Shown here: positions 51,197 to 63,300 of the stretch, piece by piece
How positions within the stretch are numbered: the stretch's first letter is position 1
Layout of the letters: every line of letters starts with the position of its first letter
Source: Candidatus Latescibacterota bacterium
Lineage (GTDB): Bacteria > Latescibacterota > CBDEFO01
Assembly (NCBI GenBank): GCA_965237525.1
Contig: CBDEFO010000008.1
Location: forward strand, 1,024,001-1,088,000
DNA: 64,000 bases
Reading direction: 5' to 3'
The notes under the pieces: model-generated
Seen by the model: only the letters and a program-made list of their open reading frames with translations
The model's database searches: none
Told to the model about the DNA's origin: nothing
Translations under genes and position numbers: made by a program

Positions 51197-51576
51197 GATA
51201 AGAATTCCCTTCGATCAGACAGTTCGAAAGATATAAGTCAAGGGGCAAAAAGTGCCGAATACAGATCCCATCTCCCTCAACCCCATTGTACCTAAACTCA
51301 ACAACGTCCTAATTTTTGCTCAAGGACAGGTAAGGAACGTTACTTCAGAAACACCCTATTATTGCCGATATACATGTTAAAGTGCGACCTGTACTCCACG
51401 TTAAAATCATTGACAAACTTTCGCCCTCGGGACAGTTCCATGTCATTGCAAGGAGCATGAGCCGTGGAAAACGATCACAAAATACGGAGATTGTTTCGTT
51501 TGGTTCGCAATGAAAAAAGGGCTGGACAAGCAATCAATATTTTGTTCATAGTATTATTCTTCGGGAGGTAGATGCA

Positions 51577-52533
51577 ATGCAGGAGAAAGGCAATATCATC
51601 AAGTTTGTTGATGCGGGTTTGGAAAAGGTAGTGCGTAATACTGTGAGGGAGAAAAAACGGATCCGCTTCTTAGATTTTAGTTTTACTCTCCCCAGAAAAC
51701 CAACCCTGGATGATCTCATAAATCTGATGGAATTGCGGACAGTAGATCCACCACTGTTGATTGCTTAATTGGGTGGAATCGAGCAGTTGGCTCAAGTGAC
51801 AAAGTTGCAGTTGGCGGGAAACTTGAAACGTGGGAGTAAGGCGGGCAGTCTGATCAGTGATCTGTCTCCACTGTCCCAACTGACTACACTCACGCATCTG
51901 GATTTGGAAAATAACCATATTAAGGATGCTTCGCCTTTGAGTGAACTGACACAACTGACAAATCTGAATCTGCGGGCTAACAATATCGTTGATCTATCAC
52001 CGCTGTTCAGTCTGAATGGACTTAAAGAACTGGATCTGGGGGACAACAGTCTCACCGATCTATCACCGTTGTCTGGACTGACAGAGCTGACACTTCTGAA
52101 CCTGTCTTGCAACATTCAAAGAGGGAGTATCAGTGATCTATCACCCCTGGCGGGGCTGACACAATTGGCGGAGTTGAATCTTCAGGGTAACGATACTGTT
52201 GATGTATCACCGTTGGCTGGATTGACACAATTGGAAAGGCTGTATATGGGGGATAACCGCGTCGAAGATCTATCCCCACTGTCTGGACTGAAACAACTAG
52301 TGCATCTAAGGATGACCACCAACCGGATAAGCGATCTGTCCCCGTTGTCTGGACTGACACAACTGACACATCTGGAACTGGAGCGCAACCGTATCACCGA
52401 TCTATCCCCGCTGTCGGATTTGAAGCAACTGACAAGTCTGAGATTGAGAAACAACCCTCTCAACGATGTTGCTGTCGAGGAGCAGATTCCGGATTTCCTG
52501 AGAGAAGGTGTGTCAGTGTCGTATGTCCGATAA
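51577..52533 (+). pseudogene. internalin-like LRR protein with single in-frame TAA
   Basis: Cap (F.DAGLEKVVR) and LRR ORFs abut in the same frame with TAA at 51766-68; GGAGG RBS; same C-cap NPL.DVA..EQIP....GV. Confidence 0.8.
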
Positions 52534-53289
52534 TGAGTGAAAATCGAGCGTTCTTTTGCGCAAAAAGTTAGAGAGACGGATATCCACCTCAAGTATGAAG
52601 CGATATAGAAAATGAATAAGGAAAGATCGAGTACATAGTAGGTAATAAACAGAGGTCAACGAATAGTATAAGCGTCTCTCCACCTGAGGAAGAGCAGAGA
52701 AACCAACAAGTCCCGAACGTCCAAACCAATCTCCCCTGACTCCACAGTACCCAAACTCCGCGACGCCATCAATTTTACCCGACGACGGATAGGAAACATC
52801 ATCGAACGCAGTTCCGAATAGTTCCCAGGGTACACAGTGAGCGACAAGTAAAACTCGGAAGGTAAACTCTGCACCTACTTGTGCTACTGCTTGTCCCCAG
52901 CACGATAAGGTGATGAGCGTTGCTAAATTGCTCCGGAATGACATTTCAGATATAAATAAGCGTCACTTAGATGTTGACTGAGAGGGAGAGACAAAAACGA
53001 TTTGACCAAAGTCTCATGAGACGCCTCCCTGCCGACCATTTATCAGAGCCCGGACACTCATACGATTCGTGCCGCTGCTGACTTCGAGCCGGTCGCCTGT
53101 TGCCCGCCTGAAGAGGATCTCCCGGTGTACATCCGATAGCTGACGCACGATCTCGTAATTGATTGGCGTTACTTTCACAAGATTCGGAAGAGACACATTC
53201 GCGTGCCTGTGACGAGTCGTTGGGAATGAGGCTTATCGGAAAACCTTTGGGGAAAATAGCTAACTTTCCATGTAGAAAGGGCTGCAACT

Positions 53290-54411
53290 TTGAGTAACAG
53301 AGTCTACGATCAGCTGGACGTGAGGACACTCATTAACGGGAAAGGGACATACACCGTACTAGGCGGCTCAATTATGCCGCCGGGGGTGGTCAAGGCGATG
53401 GTTGAGGCCTCCAAGAACTATGTGGGTATTCACGAGCTTCAGCAGAAAGTCGGTCAAAGGCTCGCCGAGCTAACCGGTGCAGAGGCCGCTTATGTCGCTA
53501 CGGGCGCAGCGGCGGCACTGGTTGAATGCACAGCCGCGTGTGTAGCGGGATGCGATCCTGAGAAGATCGCCCGACTGCCGGACACGACAGGTATGAAGAG
53601 TCAGGTGATAATCCAGAAAGCCCACAGAAATAGATACGATCAGGCGATAAGTCAGGTGGGGGTCAAGCTAATTGAAGTTGAGACCGAGGAACAGATGGAG
53701 AGCGCTATATCCGAAAAGACGGCTGCGATAGCTCACATCGCGGTCTACGAACGGGACGGGGCGGTGTCTCTTTCGGATGCCATAAAGATTGCCAAGGCTG
53801 CCGATGTGCCGTTTATGGTGGACGCCGCTGGGGAGTTGCCCCCCGCCGAGAATCTGACGAGATTCATAAAGATGGGCGCGGACTTCGTGACGTTCAGCGG
53901 AGGCAAAGGACTAAGAGGTCCCCAGGCTTCTGGTTTAGTGTTGGGAAGGAATGACATAATCTCTGCATGTCTTGCAAATAGCTCTCCAAACCACAGCATA
54001 GGCAGACCTATGAAGGCTGGGAAGGAGGAGATAGTGGGACTTTTGACCGCTGTGGAACTCTACATCCAGAAAGATCACGAGGCCGAGTGGAGAAGGTGGG
54101 AAGGACAGATAGACTATATAGCAGATGTCCTTTCGGACATAGATTATGTGGAGACAGGCCGCGTGCCTGATGAGCTGATGAACCACGTTCCTAGGCTATA
54201 CATAAAGTTTGATGAGAATAAAGTGAGGATGACTCCCGATGAAATGCTCGAAGTCTTGAGGAACGGCGAGCCGAGCATCGAGCTTTTGACCACTGAGATG
54301 GGAGTAGCGATCAGCACAAACACGCTTATGGAGGGAGACGAAAAGGTAATTGCCAAAAGGTTAAGGGAGATATTGACTCGCAAGGGAACTGATGCTCATT
54401 CATCCCACTGA
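53290..54411 (+). CDS. SelA-like PLP-dependent enzyme (DgaE-like)
   Basis: INGKGTYT.LGGS, VDAA, FSGGKGLRGPQ, IGRPMKAGKEEI. Confidence 0.85.
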   Translation: MSNRVYDQLDVRTLINGKGTYTVLGGSIMPPGVVKAMVEASKNYVGIHELQQKVGQRLAELTGAEAAYVATGAAAALVECTAACVAGCDPEKIARLPDTTGMKSQVIIQKAHRNRYDQAISQVGVKLIEVETEEQMESAISEKTAAIAHIAVYERDGAVSLSDAIKIAKAADVPFMVDAAGELPPAENLTRFIKMGADFVTFSGGKGLRGPQASGLVLGRNDIISACLANSSPNHSIGRPMKAGKEEIVGLLTAVELYIQKDHEAEWRRWEGQIDYIADVLSDIDYVETGRVPDELMNHVPRLYIKFDENKVRMTPDEMLEVLRNGEPSIELLTTEMGVAISTNTLMEGDEKVIAKRLREILTRKGTDAHSSH

Positions 54412-54442
54412 TGAGCCTGATCTCTCATGCTCTAATGGGTTT

Positions 54443-55639
54443 CTACGTTTGATAAATCTTTTCCTCACTATATCGAAATAACGGCCAAAGAGATACCAAG
54501 CCGAATATCGGCCCTATAGTAAGGAGAGAGAAGATGCAGCTTGAATTCATAATATTGGATAAGTAACTTGTGATCTGAATACTAACAATAGTGATAGAAA
54601 ATCCGATGCAGTTTACTATTGTTAAGGCAGAGCCGATCAGCTCCTTGGGCGCTGTTTGAGCTGTTAAAGCCGAAAATTGAGGGGAATCACCTACGACGAC
54701 TATTCCCCAGAGGACTAGAAACCCCAAAAATACCTCTTTAGAGGCGTGAAAAAGGAGCGGCGAGATAAGACAGAGGAGGCCCGATAGCGACAATTGAGTA
54801 AAAGCGACCGCTGAGCTGCCTATCTTTCTTGAGATCAGCCCTCCTCCAGCACACCCAAGACTGCCTGCCGCAATGATGCAAAACGACCAAAAGGAGATAT
54901 TAATATCTGCAAATGCATTCATAGAGGCATAGACAGATAAGATAAGAGGGGTAAATGCCCAGAATGTATATAGCTCCCACATGTGTCCAAAGTACCCGCA
55001 CGATGCCGAACGAAAATCTTTAGATTTGAATATTACAATCAGGGCTTTGCTACTAAATCCCGTCCCTTTTGACAGGTGAGGTCCGTCGGGGACCAGAAGG
55101 AACATAAGTATCCCGCCTACCGTGGAACTTGCAGAGACAGACAAAATGACTGTCTCCCAGCCGACGACTTGGCCAAGACTCTTCAGGAGATGCGGAAAGG
55201 AAGTCCCTAAAACTAATGCCCCCACAAGGAAGCCTATCGCCTTCCCCAGATCTTTGTGGTACCAACCGGTAGCTATTTTCATCCCCACAGGGTAGATGCC
55301 CGCCAAAAATACTCCTGTAATAAAGCGGAAAAGCAGTAAAGAAGAGAGGCCCTCTGCCAACAGGTAGATAAACAGGTTTGAAAGGGCGCCCAAAAGAGAG
55401 CAGATAAAAAATAGAATTCTGGGCGAAAATCTGTCCGATAGATTAAAGAAAGCAAAACAGAGTGTCCCCACGATAAAACCGAATTGAACGGCGGATGTCA
55501 TATAGCCCAGAGAATCGGCGCTAAGATTCCACAGATTTTGTAAATCTGTACTGACTGCGTTGCTTGCAAACCAAAGAGAGGTCCCTGCAAATTGAGAAAT
55601 TATAATAGTAGGTAAAATCCAAAAAGGTCGCTTTTCCAT
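54443..55639 (-). CDS. MFS transporter
   Basis: LWFASNA, DRFSPR, GIYPVGMK, GHMWELY, DSPQFS; start set at MEKRP because the upstream extension lies in a repeat. Confidence 0.88.
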   Translation of the reverse strand: MEKRPFWILPTIIISQFAGTSLWFASNAVSTDLQNLWNLSADSLGYMTSAVQFGFIVGTLCFAFFNLSDRFSPRILFFICSLLGALSNLFIYLLAEGLSSLLLFRFITGVFLAGIYPVGMKIATGWYHKDLGKAIGFLVGALVLGTSFPHLLKSLGQVVGWETVILSVSASSTVGGILMFLLVPDGPHLSKGTGFSSKALIVIFKSKDFRSASCGYFGHMWELYTFWAFTPLILSVYASMNAFADINISFWSFCIIAAGSLGCAGGGLISRKIGSSAVAFTQLSLSGLLCLISPLLFHASKEVFLGFLVLWGIVVVGDSPQFSALTAQTAPKELIGSALTIVNCIGFSITIVSIQITSYLSNIMNSSCIFSLLTIGPIFGLVSLWPLFRYSEEKIYQT

Positions 55640-55910
55640 ATGGTTTTTATAACGGTCTAGCACGTTGAGATTGCTTCGGGGTTTGGCCCCTCGCAATGAC
55701 TAAGGGTCTCAGCAGCTGTCATTGCCAAGCGGCGTGGCCGCCTGGCTCGGGAGGCAGAAAGACCACGATAAATTCAATCGGGGGCTTGCCACGAAGTGGG
55801 CGAAGCAATCTTGTAGACAGTAGATAGGATACCGTCTCCCAGTCCTGTATTAGTAGACTGCCAGAATGTAATGTATAATCGGTCATCTGCCAAGTGTTTT
55901 CATTAACCCA

Positions 55911-55939
55911 TTGACATTAAGAGGCTTCTTTTGTATATT
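55911..55939 (+). promoter_or_regulatory. sigma70-type promoter
   Basis: TTGACA-N17-TATATT. Confidence 0.55.
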
Positions 55940-56192
55940 CTCCACTGTTAATCCGAAGCACTTCGCATTTTAGACTTCGGATACAAACAAATTAAGCGAA
56001 ACGGTGGCAGAAGGGGGGAGGTAACAATGAGAACGTCATATATTAACCAAGCAGTTAAATCGAAATTGAAAGAAAAATTGGAATCTATGCTTAGTGATAT
56101 TGTCCCCGATAGATTCAATCGGGGATTGCCCAAGGCAGTTCGGCAACTCTGAACACATAGGCGGAATAGCGGCAAGGAAAGGAGTGAACAAT

Positions 56193-56685
56193 ATGCAAAT
56201 AGAACGCTTGTTCGTGAGGATATTCCATCCTCTTTTGGCTTTTGTTCTGGTCGTGCTGTGGAACGGGACACCGGCCGTAGCCCAGGAAAAATTGGAAAAG
56301 ACGCTCTATGAGCGGCTCGGCGGTGTACAACATCGCCACTGTGGTGGACGACTTCATCGAGCGTCTATTGGTCAATGACGTCCTGAACGCCAACCCAGCG
56401 GTCAACGGCGCCAGGGATCGGGTACCCAAGGCAGGGCTCAAGTACCGCGTCACCTCCTTGGTCTGCCAGGTAACCGGTGGACCTCAGAAATATACAGGAC
56501 GTTCGATGAAGGAATCTCATAAGCATCTCAACATCACCGAGAAAGAGTGGCAAGCGATGGTAGTTGACTTTCGGAAGACCCTGGACAAGTTCCAAGTCCC
56601 CGAAAAGGAGCAAGAGGAACTAATCACCATAGTGGAAAGCACGAAGAAAGACATCGTCATCTCAGCCGAGAAGAAGAAGTATTGA
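56193..56685 (+). pseudogene. group 1 truncated haemoglobin with signal peptide, frameshifted at ~56325
   Basis: Signal...TLYERLGGV in one frame; YNIATVVDDF...TGGPQKYTGRSMKESH..LNITE in another. Confidence 0.8.
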
Positions 56686-56874
56686 CGGTGATCCTTGAGC
56701 AAATGATGTAGAACAGACAGTAGAACTAATGGATGTGCGGTAGCAAATGGTAGGGATGGTGAGGTGGAAACCCAGTAAGAAATGTGTCGCCATTCCGCCT
56801 GATATCATACGGTAAGACATAAGCCCACCTGGGGTGGCAGCAGAGCACGAAGTGCCCTCGCCCTTACTCCCTGT

Positions 56875-58071
56875 CTACTTGTTTGTCCTTCCAAAGTTAT
56901 CCAGAAAAATCACAAAGTCAGATAGACCGATCTCTCCATTACTGTCCAGATCAAATTTGCTTCCTGAAGTGACCGTCCTCCCGAACAGATCCAGAAAAAG
57001 GACAAAGTCGGATAGATCAACTTCATTGTCCCCGTCAAAATCTCCTGCAAGAGGAACAGAGGCAGAGGAGAGGAACGGCGACCAAACAGACCCACCGTCA
57101 TTTGTTGGGATATTGGTCAGATTGACTGGATTTGTCCCGTCGGAGTTCATCACATAGATTTCATCGTTGCCATCGCGATTTGACGTAAAGGTGATCTTCG
57201 TCCCGTCTGGAGACCAAGACAGAAGGAGTTCATGCGCCGAGTTGTTGGTCAAATTGACTAAATTTGTCCCGTCGAAGTTTACCGTGTAGATTTCACCGCG
57301 CCGAACCAGGGCTGTTGTGAAGGCGAGCTTCTGTCCGTCCGGTGACCAGGAAAGGGTGAATTCCGTCACATGGATATCGGACAACAGCATCTCGTCTGTT
57401 CCATCCGTGTTCATAACGTGAATGTGCGGGCCGCCAGTGCGGTATGATATAAAGGCGATCTTCGAACCGTCAGGCGACCAAGAAGGGCTGAAGTCATCCA
57501 CCCGGTTGTTGGTCAGATTGACTTGGTTTGTCCCGTCAGCGTTCATCACATAGATTTCCGGATCGCCATCGCGGGTTGAATTAAAGAGGACTTTCGTCCC
57601 ATCTGGAGACCAGGAAGGGGTTACGTCAAACGCCCTGTTGTTGGTCAGCCGCGTATAGTTTGTCCCATCTTCATTTATTGTATATATCTCAAAGCCCGGG
57701 GCATCGCGCATAAACACGATGTTCGTCCCGTCAGGCGACCAACGAGGACTGAAGTCATTCGCCGAATTGTTAGTAAGCCGCGTCAGCTCTGTTCCATCAG
57801 CGTTTATTGTGTAGAGTTCCGCGTTGCCAACGCGGTTTGACTCAAAGATAATCTTCATCCCGTCAGGCGACCAAGAAGGCTTTACGTCCATCGCCGAGTT
57901 GTTGGTAAGCCGCATCTGGTTTGTTCCATCTGCGTCCATCACGTAGATCTCAAAGTCCCCATCGCGGAATGACACAAAGGCGATCTTGGTGTCGGAAAGA
58001 TCCTGCGCATAGACAGGAGCGTTCAAAGCGACTAACAGTGTCAGGACAGCGTAGAATACTATTAGTGTCAT
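56875..58071 (-). CDS. exported TolB-like PD40 beta-propeller with C-terminal dockerin/EF-hand-like repeats
   Basis: Repeated [47 protein letters not shown]. Confidence 0.88.
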   Translation of the reverse strand: MTLIVFYAVLTLLVALNAPVYAQDLSDTKIAFVSFRDGDFEIYVMDADGTNQMRLTNNSAMDVKPSWSPDGMKIIFESNRVGNAELYTINADGTELTRLTNNSANDFSPRWSPDGTNIVFMRDAPGFEIYTINEDGTNYTRLTNNRAFDVTPSWSPDGTKVLFNSTRDGDPEIYVMNADGTNQVNLTNNRVDDFSPSWSPDGSKIAFISYRTGGPHIHVMNTDGTDEMLLSDIHVTEFTLSWSPDGQKLAFTTALVRRGEIYTVNFDGTNLVNLTNNSAHELLLSWSPDGTKITFTSNRDGNDEIYVMNSDGTNPVNLTNIPTNDGGSVWSPFLSSASVPLAGDFDGDNEVDLSDFVLFLDLFGRTVTSGSKFDLDSNGEIGLSDFVIFLDNFGRTNK

Positions 58072-58413
58072 TTCATTAGGTTTCTATTTGTTCCAGCAGA
58101 AAGCATACAGGGAGGGCAGGAGATAGCCTGACTACTGTCAGGGCAGACCAGCGGGGATAGTCCAACTATTTTACTGTCTATCTCCTTTCTAAGAAATATG
58201 ACGGAATACCATCACTCACCAGTGGCGGATGAATGCCATCTCGGGGGTCGTAGGGGACAGCGCCTAAGGGCGAGGACTAAGCCCCGCCCGTGGAGTGCCA
58301 ATGTCGAGACGCGCCGAAGGCGGTAGGCTCGATTGGTTTCATTTAAGGTGCCAAGTCCTGATAAGTAGTTCAGTCTTATCTTCTGGATGTGAGATCTCAA
58401 CGTGGCGAAGTGC

Positions 58414-59181
58414 TCAATCCTCTCTGACCCTGTTTATTAAACTTGCGGCGTAGCCCGCTCCAAAGCCGTTGTCTATGCCAACAACCGTAACTCCCGATGC
58501 GCAGGATGTAAGCATACCTAAGAGGGCGGAAAGACCGGCGAAACTAGCCCCGTATCCCACGCTTGTCGGGACGCCGATGACAGGAACGTCTACCAGACCA
58601 CCGACCACACTTGCCAGCGCCCCTTCCATCCCGGCAACCACGATAATGACGGCCGCAGAGTGGATAAGTTCTCTTCGTTCGAAGAGGCGATGAATGCCCG
58701 CAACTCCTACGTCGAAGAGCGTTTCGACCCTGTTGCCCATTACCTGGGCCGTGTCGGAGGCCTCCTCTGCTACGGGGATGTCTGATGTGCCCGCTGTGAT
58801 TATTAAGATTGTGCCTTTGCCTTCTTCCTGCAATTCTTGTGACCCTTTAGGACGGGCGATGATGGTTCTGCCTACGGGGTTGTACTGGGCGTAAGGAATG
58901 GCTTTTCTTACGGCTTCTCCGGCCTCTTTATCGGCTCTTGTGGCAAGGAGTACTGATCCTGCCTCAAGTATGCTTTCGGAGATTCGGACTATCTGTTCCT
59001 TTGTCTTTCCCTGGCAGAGCAACACCTCTGGAAAGCCGCGCCTTAAGGCTCGGTGGTGATCTACATTGGCAAACCCCAGATCCTCAAAGGGCAGCGATCT
59101 TAATTGATCTGTCGCCTCATCCACATCGAGTGTGCCATCTTCTATCTTCTGCAGAATTTCTCTTATTCTTTCGGGATTCAT
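58414..59181 (-). CDS. larB: nickel pincer cofactor biosynthesis protein LarB
   Basis: DHHR..R.GFPEV, AGTSD.PVAEEA, DVGVAGIHRL, AGMEGAL, PTSVGYG, IDNGFGA. Confidence 0.93.
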   Translation of the reverse strand: MNPERIREILQKIEDGTLDVDEATDQLRSLPFEDLGFANVDHHRALRRGFPEVLLCQGKTKEQIVRISESILEAGSVLLATRADKEAGEAVRKAIPYAQYNPVGRTIIARPKGSQELQEEGKGTILIITAGTSDIPVAEEASDTAQVMGNRVETLFDVGVAGIHRLFERRELIHSAAVIIVVAGMEGALASVVGGLVDVPVIGVPTSVGYGASFAGLSALLGMLTSCASGVTVVGIDNGFGAGYAASLINRVRED

Positions 59182-59224
59182 CGCACTAGGGGAGGTGAAG
59201 GTCTGTCCTGCTGCTTGGTAATCC

Positions 59225-60235
59225 TCACAGGGGCAAAGTCACCGGTAGTTCCTCTTGTAGTTGAGCAAGTTGTCTCAGGCAATCTTTGATCTCATCCGGG
59301 TCGTCTTTTCTGACTATCTTATCTCTAAAGATAGCACTGTTTTTCATGCCCCTTGTGTACGGGGATATATGTTTTCTCATCTCTCTTACAGCCACGTATT
59401 TGCCCTTTTCCTCGATGAGCATATCCAGGTGTCTAATACACATTTCTATTCTCTCTGCAGGAGTCGGTTCGGGAGTAAGTTTACCAGTTTTGAGGAGGCC
59501 TTTCATCCTCTTGAATATCCACGGGTTCCCCACAGCTCCCCTTCCGATCATGACTAAATCGCACCCGGTCTCCTGAAGCATCACAAGGGCATCTTCGGGA
59601 GTCGTAATATCCCCGTTTCCTATGACGGGGATGGATACTGCATCTTTTACCTGTCTTATCAAGCTCCAGTCAGCTCTTCCGGAGAATCTCATCTTCCTGG
59701 TTCTGGCGTGGAGTGCTATTGCTCTGGCGCCGGCCTCTTCTGCAATTCTCCCTATCTCTTGAGCGTTTATCGTGCCTTCTGACCATCCACTCCTAGTCTT
59801 TATTGTGACTGGAATATCTACAGCACTGGATACTGATTTTATGATTCTGCTCATCAAGGGTGGGTCCTTGAGTGCGGCTGCTCCTGCCATCTTGTTGACG
59901 ATCTTGGGGACGGGGCATCCGAAGTTGATATCTATCAGATCGGGACCCAGGTCCGCCGCGATCTTAGCTCCTTCTGCAGCGAGTCTGGGATCGCTGCTGA
60001 CGACCTGTATTCCTATAGGGTGTTCGGACTCGGTGAATTTTGCCAAGCGCTTTGTCTTTTCGTTTCCTTTTAATATTCCATCTACGCTTATCATCTCTGT
60101 ATAGACCAGTCCTGCTCCAAACTCTTTACAGAGTCGTCTGAAGGGGGAATCGGATATGCCGCACATCGGGGCCAAGATGCTCTTTTCTTGGATCTGCAGA
60201 TTTCCTATTTTGACCATTGATGAGCTCCTATTCAC
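59225..60235 (-). CDS. dusB: tRNA-dihydrouridine synthase B
   Basis: LAPM.G.SD..FR, DINFGCP, H.RTR, GNGDI, MIGRG..GNPW. Confidence 0.92.
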   Translation of the reverse strand: MNRSSSMVKIGNLQIQEKSILAPMCGISDSPFRRLCKEFGAGLVYTEMISVDGILKGNEKTKRLAKFTESEHPIGIQVVSSDPRLAAEGAKIAADLGPDLIDINFGCPVPKIVNKMAGAAALKDPPLMSRIIKSVSSAVDIPVTIKTRSGWSEGTINAQEIGRIAEEAGARAIALHARTRKMRFSGRADWSLIRQVKDAVSIPVIGNGDITTPEDALVMLQETGCDLVMIGRGAVGNPWIFKRMKGLLKTGKLTPEPTPAERIEMCIRHLDMLIEEKGKYVAVREMRKHISPYTRGMKNSAIFRDKIVRKDDPDEIKDCLRQLAQLQEELPVTLPL

Positions 60236-60306
60236 TGAGATAGCTGGGAGAGAGAGGAGGTGTCCCTGCCCACCCCCGATTGAATCTATCGGGGGCTACC
60301 GTCTAT

Positions 60307-63300
60307 TTATTTCATCCATACCCTGTCCTCTCCCAATCTGGATTTGAGAGCAGCTATAAGATCGCTGGAGGGGGAGACGGTCACGGTTCTGGACCTTATT
60401 ACAGATTTAGAGTTGCCTTCGTCTTCCAGATGGATTAGAATATCACATTCTCCGCTGTACATTTCGCAGAGTTTCCTCAGCTCCATCAATTTACCCCTTT
60501 CGACAAGTTCAAAGGGGATAGAAAGGTTTACGGTTTTGACTTTGCCCTTTAGGGCTTCATCCAGAACGACAAACTCTTCTGCCTGGACACTCTTGTTTCC
60601 GTTGGGGGACATTCTCCCTTTTATGATGACTAATTTGTCCGGTTCAATCAAAGAGCTGTATTTTCCGTATGTCTCCGAGAAGGCGACTACGTCCACAGAG
60701 CCTTTGAGATCTTCCAGTGTGATGAACGCCATCTGTGCGCCTTTCTTATCTGTGTTTCGGCGGACATCTGTTATGATGCCTCCTATTTTGACTGGGGCGC
60801 CCTTTGAAAGCTGAGGGAGGGTGTCCGAAGGATGGGCAATGAGGGCGTTTAGCTGATCTTCGTATTTTTTGAGCGGATGACCTGACATGAAAAATCCCAA
60901 GACCTCCTTTTCCTTTTCGAGCATCTGTGTCTCAGTCCACTCCTCGACTGGAGGAAGGATCCTTTTCCCTGTGCGACCGGCCGTCATCTGATTATTGTCA
61001 AAGAGTGAAATTTGGCCCTTCGCCCTTTGGTCCTGCGCAAATTGGGCAGATTCGATAGCGGTATCCAGCGATTGCATGAGTTGTGCTCGGTGTCCCTCTA
61101 TAGAGTCTGTAGCTCCTGCACGTATAAGACTTTCTATGGCCCTTCTGTTTACAGTTCTCAGATCGACTGTCTCACAGAAGTCGAATATTGTCTCGAACTT
61201 TCCGACTCTCTTTATGGCCTGGACGATAGCGTCTGCTGCTCCTCTTCCGACGTTCTTGAGGGCGGCAAGGCCAAATCTTACACCTTCTTCTGTGACTGTA
61301 AAGTCCGCCTGGCTTTCGTTGATGTCCGGAGGCAAGAGTTCGATACCAATCCTTTTGCATTCTTCGATCATCAATGCCATCTTGTCGCTGTCGGACATGT
61401 CGTTGGTAAGGCTGCCAGCCATAAATTCTTTAGGATAGTTGGCTTTTAGGTAGGCGTTCTGGTAAGCCATCACAGCGTAGCAGGCGGCATGAGCTCTGTT
61501 GAATGCATAGCCTGAGAAGACGGCAATATCGTTGTAGATCTTTTCGGCTATCTTGGGTTCTACGCCTTTTTTTTCGCATCCCTCAAAAAATTTGCCCTTC
61601 TGCTTCTCCATAATTTCCATCTTCTTTTTGCTCATAGCAGCTCTTAACATGTCCGCCTCTCCCAAGGTAAAGCCAGCTAAGTCTCTTGCTATCCTAAGTA
61701 CCTGTTCCTGATAGACTATGACTCCGTAGGTATCCTTGAGTACGGGTTCTAATAGAGGGTGATCGTATTCTATTCTCACCATCCCGTGCTTGCGGGCTAT
61801 GTAATCTGGTATGTAAGCCATAGGACCGGGTCTGTAGAGGGCGTTCATAGCTATCAGGTCTTCGATGTTGTCGGGTTTCAACTTCCTTAAACTCTCTCTC
61901 ATGCCCTGACTTTCAAACTGGAATACGCCCCAGGTGTCTCCCCTTCCGAACAGTTCATAGGTATTCTTGTCGTCGAGAGGTATCTTTTCGATATCGAAGT
62001 CGGGGGTGTACTCGCTTACCATTTTAACGACGTTGTCTTGTAGGGAAAGCTCTTTCAAACCCAGAAAATCCATCTTTAAAAGACCCAGATCCTTGCAGAT
62101 GTCCATGTCGTACTGCGTTGTAATCTTGTCTCCTTTTGGGGATTTGTAAAGCGGCACGTAGTCTGTGAGTTTACCGGGGACTATGATTACTGCAGCCGCA
62201 TGTACGGACGCATGTCTGGCTAAGCCCTCTAAGAATTTGGCGTAGTGTATGAGCTCAGCTTGTGGACCGTCGGACTTTTCCATCGCTTTGAGTTCGGGGA
62301 CTGACTTTAAGGCTCCCTCCAGAGTTATTCCCAACTCATTGGGTATCAGTTTGGCAATCCTGTCCACCTCTGAGTAAGGTATTCCCATGGCTCTGCCTAC
62401 GTCTCTGACGACGCCCTTTGCCGCCATCGTTCCGAACGTGATGACCTGACATACGCTGTCGGAACTATACTTCCCCGTCACGTAAGAGATGATCTTATCT
62501 TTGTCCGAAAAATCTATGTCGAAGTCGGGCATCTCGATGCGCTCAAGGTTCAAGAACCTTTCGAATATCAGGTCGTATTTGATCGGGTCTATTCCCGTTA
62601 TACCCAGGGCATAAGCTACAATGCTTGCAGCACCTGATCCTCTGCCGTATCCTACTCTTATTCCATTTTCCAGTGCGTATCTTACGTAGTCGGCTACGAT
62701 GAGAAAGTATCCCGCATAGTCCGTCTTTTTTATGATGTCCATCTCAATGTTGAAGCGTTCTTCTACCTGGGGCATGATCTCGTCGTAGCGTTTTTGGAGC
62801 CCCTCGCGCGCAAGGTCTTCCAGATACTTCTCAGGAAAATCGTATCCTTGGGGGAGGGGATAGGCCGGGAGGTGGAGTCTACCAAGTTCTATCTCTACGT
62901 CGCACTTCTCGGCTATCTGCACTGTGTTTTCCACAGCTTCGGGGACGTCTGAGAATAGGTCGTGCATTTCTTCGGGGGATTTGAGATACACCTGGTCAGT
63001 TATGAACTTCATCCGCTTTTCGTCTTCTATGGTCTTTCCGGTCTGAATGCAGATCAAAACGTCGTGCATGCTTGTGTGGTCCTGCTGGAGGTAGTGGGCG
63101 TCGTTGGTAGCCACAAGCGGTATGCCGAGTTCCTTGCTTATTTCTATCAGGATCGGATTGGCTTCCCCCTGCTCCTTTATCCCGTGTCTTTGGAGTTCTA
63201 TATAGTAGTTCCCTTCACCAAATATTTCCAGGTACTTCGAGGCGGCTTCTTTAGCTTTTTCCGGTCGGTTCATGCTGATAAGGTAGGGGAGTTCGCCTTT

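Larger units (their letters stand above)
2714..60294. repeat. dispersed 21-bp palindrome CCCCGATAGATTCAATCGGGG
   Basis: Exact at 4037, 6128, 56104 and (reverse complement) 17167, 60274; variants at 4093, 13245, 23316, 43728, 55763; degenerate/nested at 2714, 5116. Confidence 0.9.

Noticed and set aside
52513..53329. Short ORFs (143 aa, 120 aa) between the LRR locus and the PLP enzyme
   Set aside because: No recognisable motif; cannot be supported.
53290..54411. Selenocysteine synthase selA
   Set aside because: Shorter than SelA, has DgaE-like motifs, and no selB/selC nearby.
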